A stretch of DNA of 64,000 bases, taken from positions 64,001-128,000 of the forward strand of contig BTVI01000002.1 in assembly GCA_045862955.1 (NCBI GenBank). Reading direction: 5' to 3'. Shown in pieces: positions 59,345-64,000 of this stretch. A program made the position numbers and the translations under genes. The notes below the pieces were generated by a model that did no database searches, had not been told where the DNA came from, and worked only from the letters and a program-made list of their open reading frames with translations. This DNA is from Fimbriimonadales bacterium. Its GTDB lineage: Bacteria > Armatimonadota > Fimbriimonadia > Fimbriimonadales > JABRVX01. Position 1 is the first letter of the stretch, and each line of letters starts with the position of its first letter.

Positions 59345-59679
59345 TCCCAGATTCCTCCGTTGCCAAGATGACGCATCGGCGCACGCCCCCGAAGAACAGC
59401 GGGCCGATTACTTTCGTAATCGGTCCGGGGCCGCCCGGCCTCATGCGCGAAATGCCAGTTTACCCTTTGGGGGGCGGCATGCGCCATCGTTGGGAGGCAC
59501 ACTGGCGGCGCGAACCGCCGCCAGTGCAAGACTCACCGGGCGATTGTGCCACGTAGATCTGCGAGTCGTGCCACACCGTGATGCAATATGGGCACGGTCC
59601 CTTAGGTCTGAATGCACGGCCAGTGCCATGCGCCCGAGGTGATTCGAACCGCAACAGGGACAATGCAGTGCGCTGGAAT

Positions 59680-61075
59680 GTGAGACACCTTACGTGTTTG
59701 TTTGCAATATGGGGGGCAAGTAGTCCCACTCCACGCCCAGTCCGAGCAATTACTGCTCAAGTCCCAGTGGCCCATGGCGGGCTACGGCTATCTCCGACAG
59801 ACCAATCGTGGCGTGTTTCTCCCGCCCGCTGACGCAGGCCCCGTGGGCAGCACCGTGTGGCAGTGGACCGTTCCTAACGGTGCCGCGATCAACACGGGAA
59901 TCGTCTGCGCGCCGGCCTCCGAGAACGGGAACTGGGACCCCTCGGCAGGGCCTGTCGAGCCGGTTGCGACCATCTACTTCGGATCGGATCACGGATACCT
60001 GAATGCCCTGGCCATCGCGAACCGACAGGCGACCCTCGAGTGGCGGTTCCCAGTCGAGGAAAGTGGCGTCCATTACCCGGTTCGCTCGACTCCGACGCTC
60101 GTGAAGTTCTCGAGCGGAAGTCCCGATTGGGGCATCTGCTTCGGCGCGGACAACGGACGCGTGTACTGCCTGCGCGATGCGGGGCCGGACCCGCCCACTG
60201 TGGTGTGGCGCTCAGCGCGCTTGGGCGATCCGGGAACCATCGTCCGTGGTAGTCCCCTGTACCGGCCCGGCCGGGGCATGCAGCAAGGAGCCGGGGAGCA
60301 GTATCCGTCGCTGGTCTTCGTGGGAGCCGTCACCCCCGATGGCGGTCGGCTCGTCGGTCTACCAGTGAACGCGACCGGGAACGAGGTCGCCCCTGCAGCA
60401 GGGTATTCCGCGTCGCCCCCGTATGGCATCATCGGCTCCGTAAGCTATCTCGCCGAATGGGTCCAATTCGGCAGTGACTGGCACATCAACGGCGGGTTCA
60501 TCTATGACGTAAAGGCCGAACTGGACTGGGACCACAAGCAGGCAACCCTTTCGTGGCTGTGGCCGAACCTTAGCAATCGCCGGATCGAGACCGTCCCGTA
60601 TCCGTCGCTCCCCGTGCAGCACCTCAACATGGGATTCATGTATGCGGACGGCTGTGTGGGAACGAGCGGCATGCCATTCTTCAGTAGCTGGAGAGCCGGC
60701 GCGGGCGACCCGACTGGACCGCAGACGCCTGCGGGTACCCTGCAAAGGGTAGATGCGTCCCCGGTAGGAGCGGTGGCGACGCCCATATTCCGTAACACCA
60801 CTCACCCGACGGACCGCGATCTGCGTGCCACGGCCTGCATCGCACAGGGGCCGGGAACGGGTGAGCTTCTCTACTTCGTTACTTCCACGGGGTGGTTGTA
60901 TGCAGTCACGTCCAGCGGAGCGATGCCTTTGGAGTTCCCCGTCTACCTGGGCGGGACCGTCGGCTCCACCGATCCGTATGGTGCACGTCCCCACGTTGTC
61001 ATTGACGGTGAAGGCATCATCTACATCGGTAACAACAGCGGTGTGATGCGCGCGATCTGGGCTAAGCGGAGTTAG
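59680..61075 (+). CDS. Secreted PQQ/BamB-like beta-propeller protein; possible frameshift in G6 tract at 59711-59716
   Basis: WPMAG motif, repeats IYFGSDHGYLNAL, FGADNGRVYCL, IYIGNNSGVMRAI; signal-like MRHLTCLFAIWG lies in another frame just upstream. Confidence 0.65.
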
Positions 61076-61151
61076 GCGGGCGCTGTTGCGGTGGCGCCTA
61101 AGACGCGCTACGTAGCGTCAAGGCGTCACCCTCCTGCACAAGGGGGACCTC

Positions 61152-62545
61152 ATGAAGCAAGTTTGCCATCTCATAGCTGCGATATGCACAGCGTTGGTGC
61201 AATTAGGCACCCATGCGCTGGCGCAGCAGCAGTGGCGTCACGAGAAGCTGCTGTCGCAGGTTTATGACGTAGCGGCTAGCCCACAGGATGTTTGGATCAA
61301 CTCCAGGGGTGACGTCGCGTACTTCGCATCTCTTAGCTGGTCCAGTCCGTATACAGACGCCTATCGCAACCGCAACAGCGTCAGCGAGTGGCTTGGGCCT
61401 GGGAGGATCACATCACTAACACATGGGATCAGCGAGAACGGCGACGTATTGTTCCGAGCCGGATGGCGCAGCACTCAAGGCCGCATGGGAATTGGCCTGT
61501 ATGTCAACGATAACACGTGGTGGGAACAAGTGTACAGCGGCGGGCAGTACATGCAGTTGCTCGTCGCCGAAGGGGGCGTTGACAACCAGGGCGTGCCTGT
61601 GTACATTCTTCGAGAGGACAAGCCCGGGGGCAACTACTACCTTTACCAGGGACACCGCTTGGTGCAGGATAGCATCTTGAGCGGCAAGTCCTGGATTGGA
61701 ATGCCGAAGGTCAACGGGGCAGGGCAGATTGCGTGGCATGGAAAGGGAGACGAGACCGGAGGGAAGTCTCAAGCCTTCTTGGACGACTACCCTCTCTCGC
61801 GCAGCATCGTAGGCCCCGACTACTCCGCAGCGGCCGCCTATCTCAATCGCCGCGGCGACGTGCTATGGACCTGCCCGGACCTGGACGGCTACACCGACAT
61901 CTTCATTAACGAAGTGAACTACAGCCGATCGCACTTCGGAAACGCGCCCAGAAACTACCATGCCTATGCGCGGGGCATGAACGACAATGGCGATATCGTC
62001 TGGGCGGGCATCGACTGGAACCTCGCCTACCCGACCCAGACGTCTTCAAGAATCACGAGAACCTCTCGCTGGCCGTGTACGGCGATATACCTCGTGCAGC
62101 GTTCCCGATGGGCATCAGCAACACTGGCCAGGCGCTGTGGATCGGCTTCCGGGAGGGTCTCGGGTTCAAGAACACCATCTGGCGGGACACTACCAACATC
62201 TCGGGCCCGGTTCTCGGCCCCACTGGCACTCCCACCGATGAACCGCAGATTGACAACTGGGGGCGCGTCATGCGGTGGGCGTACGGCCCGCAGTGCAACG
62301 GGTGGGTGCGGACCTTCGTGGACTCGCTGGACATCTCGGCGGATGCGCTCGGCGACGACGTGTGGAACTACACCCGCAAAGGCGTCAAGATAGGCCCTAA
62401 CGGCCACGTCTTCTGGATCGCGTTGGACCTACGCACGAACCTGGCGGACGTCTGGCTGTCCACCCCTGTGCCCGAGCCGAGTGGAGCGTTGGGATTGGGA
62501 ATGCTCCTCATCTGCATCGCACACTGGCGGAGTCGCCGGCGGTAG
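61152..62545 (+). pseudogene. PEP-CTERM surface protein with repeats, split by a frameshift near 62035 (real lesion or sequencing indel)
   Basis: Signal peptide; repeats INSRGDVAY/ISENGDVLF/VNGAGQIAW/LNRRGDVLW/MNDNGDIVW continue in another frame (ISNTGQALW, IDNWGRVM, IGPNGHVFW) ending VPEPSGALGLGMLLICIAHWRSRRR. Confidence 0.8.
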
Positions 62546-62626
62546 CGTGTCCTAGCGCACCACGCTCCGGGACCGAAGAACCGACGACCGTCGGCGGGAC
62601 GTGCCGATCGGGACAATGAACCCGAT

Positions 62627-63556
62627 GTGTGTGCCCGGCGTGATATCGCTGTGAGCCAAAGGAAGGACCTTGCGGCAGACTTTGCCCTGTTGGCCGTGTT
62701 GGCCATTTGGGTGGGCAGCTTCCTGGTGTTCAAGGTGGCCTTCCACCAGTTCCAGCCGCACGCGTTCAACCTGGCGCGGTTCATTCTAATGATCCCTCTC
62801 GCGTTCGCCACACTCTGGTTCTCCGAGGGAGACCTAAGGCTCCGGCGGACCGAGCTCCGTCCGATGATCCTGTCCGGATTGCTGGGTTTCGGCATCTATC
62901 AGTCGCTGTTCATCTCCGGCCTAGCCCGCACGCAGGCGTCCAACATGGCGTTGCTCCTCTCCATGACACCCGTCTTCTCCGCGTTGATGCTGGCGGCGTT
63001 CCGGCTGGAAACCGTGACCCGCAGGCAGTGGGCGGGGATCGCTATCTCCATGGCGGGTGTCGCGCTTTTCATCACGAAGGGCGGCAGGCTGGGTGAGTTG
63101 CGGCTCGGCCCAGGCGACCTGATGGCTCTCGGTAGCTCGGCATGCTTTGCGGCGTACGGCATCTTGAACAAGCCGTTGCTGGAGCGCATGACCCCGGTCC
63201 GCCTGATGGCCTACGGACTGCTACTCGGGATCGTGCCGCTCATCCCGGTGTCGCTACCGGACGTGCTGCGCCAGGACTGGACGGCAGTCACTCCGGCCGG
63301 ATGGCTGCTGCTGGCGTACGCAACGGTGTTTCCCGTGTACCTTGCGTACATGCTCTGGAACTGGGCCATCGCACGGCACGGGGTGATCCGCACCGCTCCG
63401 GTGAGTTACCTAGTGCCCGTGTTCACCGGCCTCGCGGCTTGGCTGCTCCTGGGCGAGCGGCTGTCCGCCGTGCAGGTGCTGGCGGGTGCGGTCGTCCTGG
63501 CGGGCGTGGCGCTAACGCGGTCATCCTCCGGCCTGCCGGCACCGGTGAAGGAGTGA
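62627..63556 (+). CDS. DMT/EamA-family transporter (start may be 62651)
   Basis: About 10 TMs; IWVGSF..FK, PVFSAL, GDLMAL, YMLWNWAI, LLGERL. Confidence 0.9.
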   Translation: MCARRDIAVSQRKDLAADFALLAVLAIWVGSFLVFKVAFHQFQPHAFNLARFILMIPLAFATLWFSEGDLRLRRTELRPMILSGLLGFGIYQSLFISGLARTQASNMALLLSMTPVFSALMLAAFRLETVTRRQWAGIAISMAGVALFITKGGRLGELRLGPGDLMALGSSACFAAYGILNKPLLERMTPVRLMAYGLLLGIVPLIPVSLPDVLRQDWTAVTPAGWLLLAYATVFPVYLAYMLWNWAIARHGVIRTAPVSYLVPVFTGLAAWLLLGERLSAVQVLAGAVVLAGVALTRSSSGLPAPVKE

Positions 63557-63651
63557 GCGAGACGCGGCGGGGCCTCATAGTACGAAACTTTGCTACCTGG
63601 CCCGTATTGTCTTCGTTGGAGCTATTTTTATGCGAAAATCCATGTGATTCC

Positions 63652-63680
63652 TTTACAACCGGCGAGATTGCCTGTATCAT
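63652..63680 (+). promoter_or_regulatory. Sigma70-type promoter
   Basis: TTTACA-17 nt-TATCAT in an AT-rich intergenic patch. Confidence 0.55.
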
Positions 63681-63720
63681 GTTGGCATCAGAAGCGTCAA
63701 TACGGTGCTGGAGGTACGAG

Positions 63721-64000
63721 TTGCGTTCGCAGTGGATTGGGCTCGCGTTCCTGGCAGTCGGCCCTCTGCTCGGCTGGGGGCAGGGCGTGGCGATCCTGCC
63801 ACTCCCGTATCCGTTCGCTGCGCTGGATTGGAGCACGGAGCGCAGTCGTGAGGAAGCCGAGATGTGGCTGCGTGTGTCAGGTGTTCCCCCGATCGACCTT
63901 CGCTGTACGCCCCTCAGCTTTGAATGGACCTTCCAGGGCTGCGGGGCGCACCTCGCGGACCCCGAGCATTATCCGCCGGGAGCGGAGCTTTACCTGCGGT
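63721..64000 (+). CDS. Hypothetical secreted protein, 5' part; runs off the right edge
   Basis: GGAGG RBS before TTG; MRSQWIGLAFLAVGPLLGWGQ signal-like; frame open to window end. Confidence 0.55.
   Translation, partial: MRSQWIGLAFLAVGPLLGWGQGVAILPLPYPFAALDWSTERSREEAEMWLRVSGVPPIDLRCTPLSFEWTFQGCGAHLADPEHYPPGAELYLR

Noticed and set aside
59345..59530. Riboswitch upstream of the small peptide genes (hairpins at 59403-59424 and 59499-59526)
   Set aside because: Hairpins are present but I could not match conserved nucleotides of any riboswitch class; an Rfam/Infernal scan is needed

Overview
GC-rich bacterial chromosome segment. An Armatimonadota/Fimbriimonadia-like origin is inferred from the gene repertoire (dockerin-like C-terminus, prepilin/H-X9-DG protein, PEP-CTERM protein) and was not verified. 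Core content: purH, remA-mreBCD, gdhA, fabD, acyl-CoA dehydrogenase, tmRNA, a UGA-recoded selenoprotein SelD followed by tRNA-Sec and a MOT1-type anion transporter, an alpha-2-macroglobulin, carbohydrate enzymes and transporters. A DNA methyltransferase runs off the left edge. Most notable: (1) a six-gene operon joining homoisocitrate-dehydrogenase-like and homoaconitase-like enzymes to an HD hydrolase, a CitD-CitE fusion that seems to lack the ACP attachment serine, and CitF, with no citC/G/X (candidate homocitrate-lyase-type pathway); (2) a hicA/hicB pair arranged tail-to-tail, with hicA coupled to a DUF5343-like gene; (3) two paralogous small secreted Cys-containing peptides and a VKOR-like membrane protein fused to a 10-Cys domain; (4) a 1.1-kb mosaic array of two palindromes plus several other REP-like families; (5) three exported-protein genes broken at short homopolymer runs; (6) frequent apparently leaderless genes. 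All product calls come from motif recognition by eye, not database searches.
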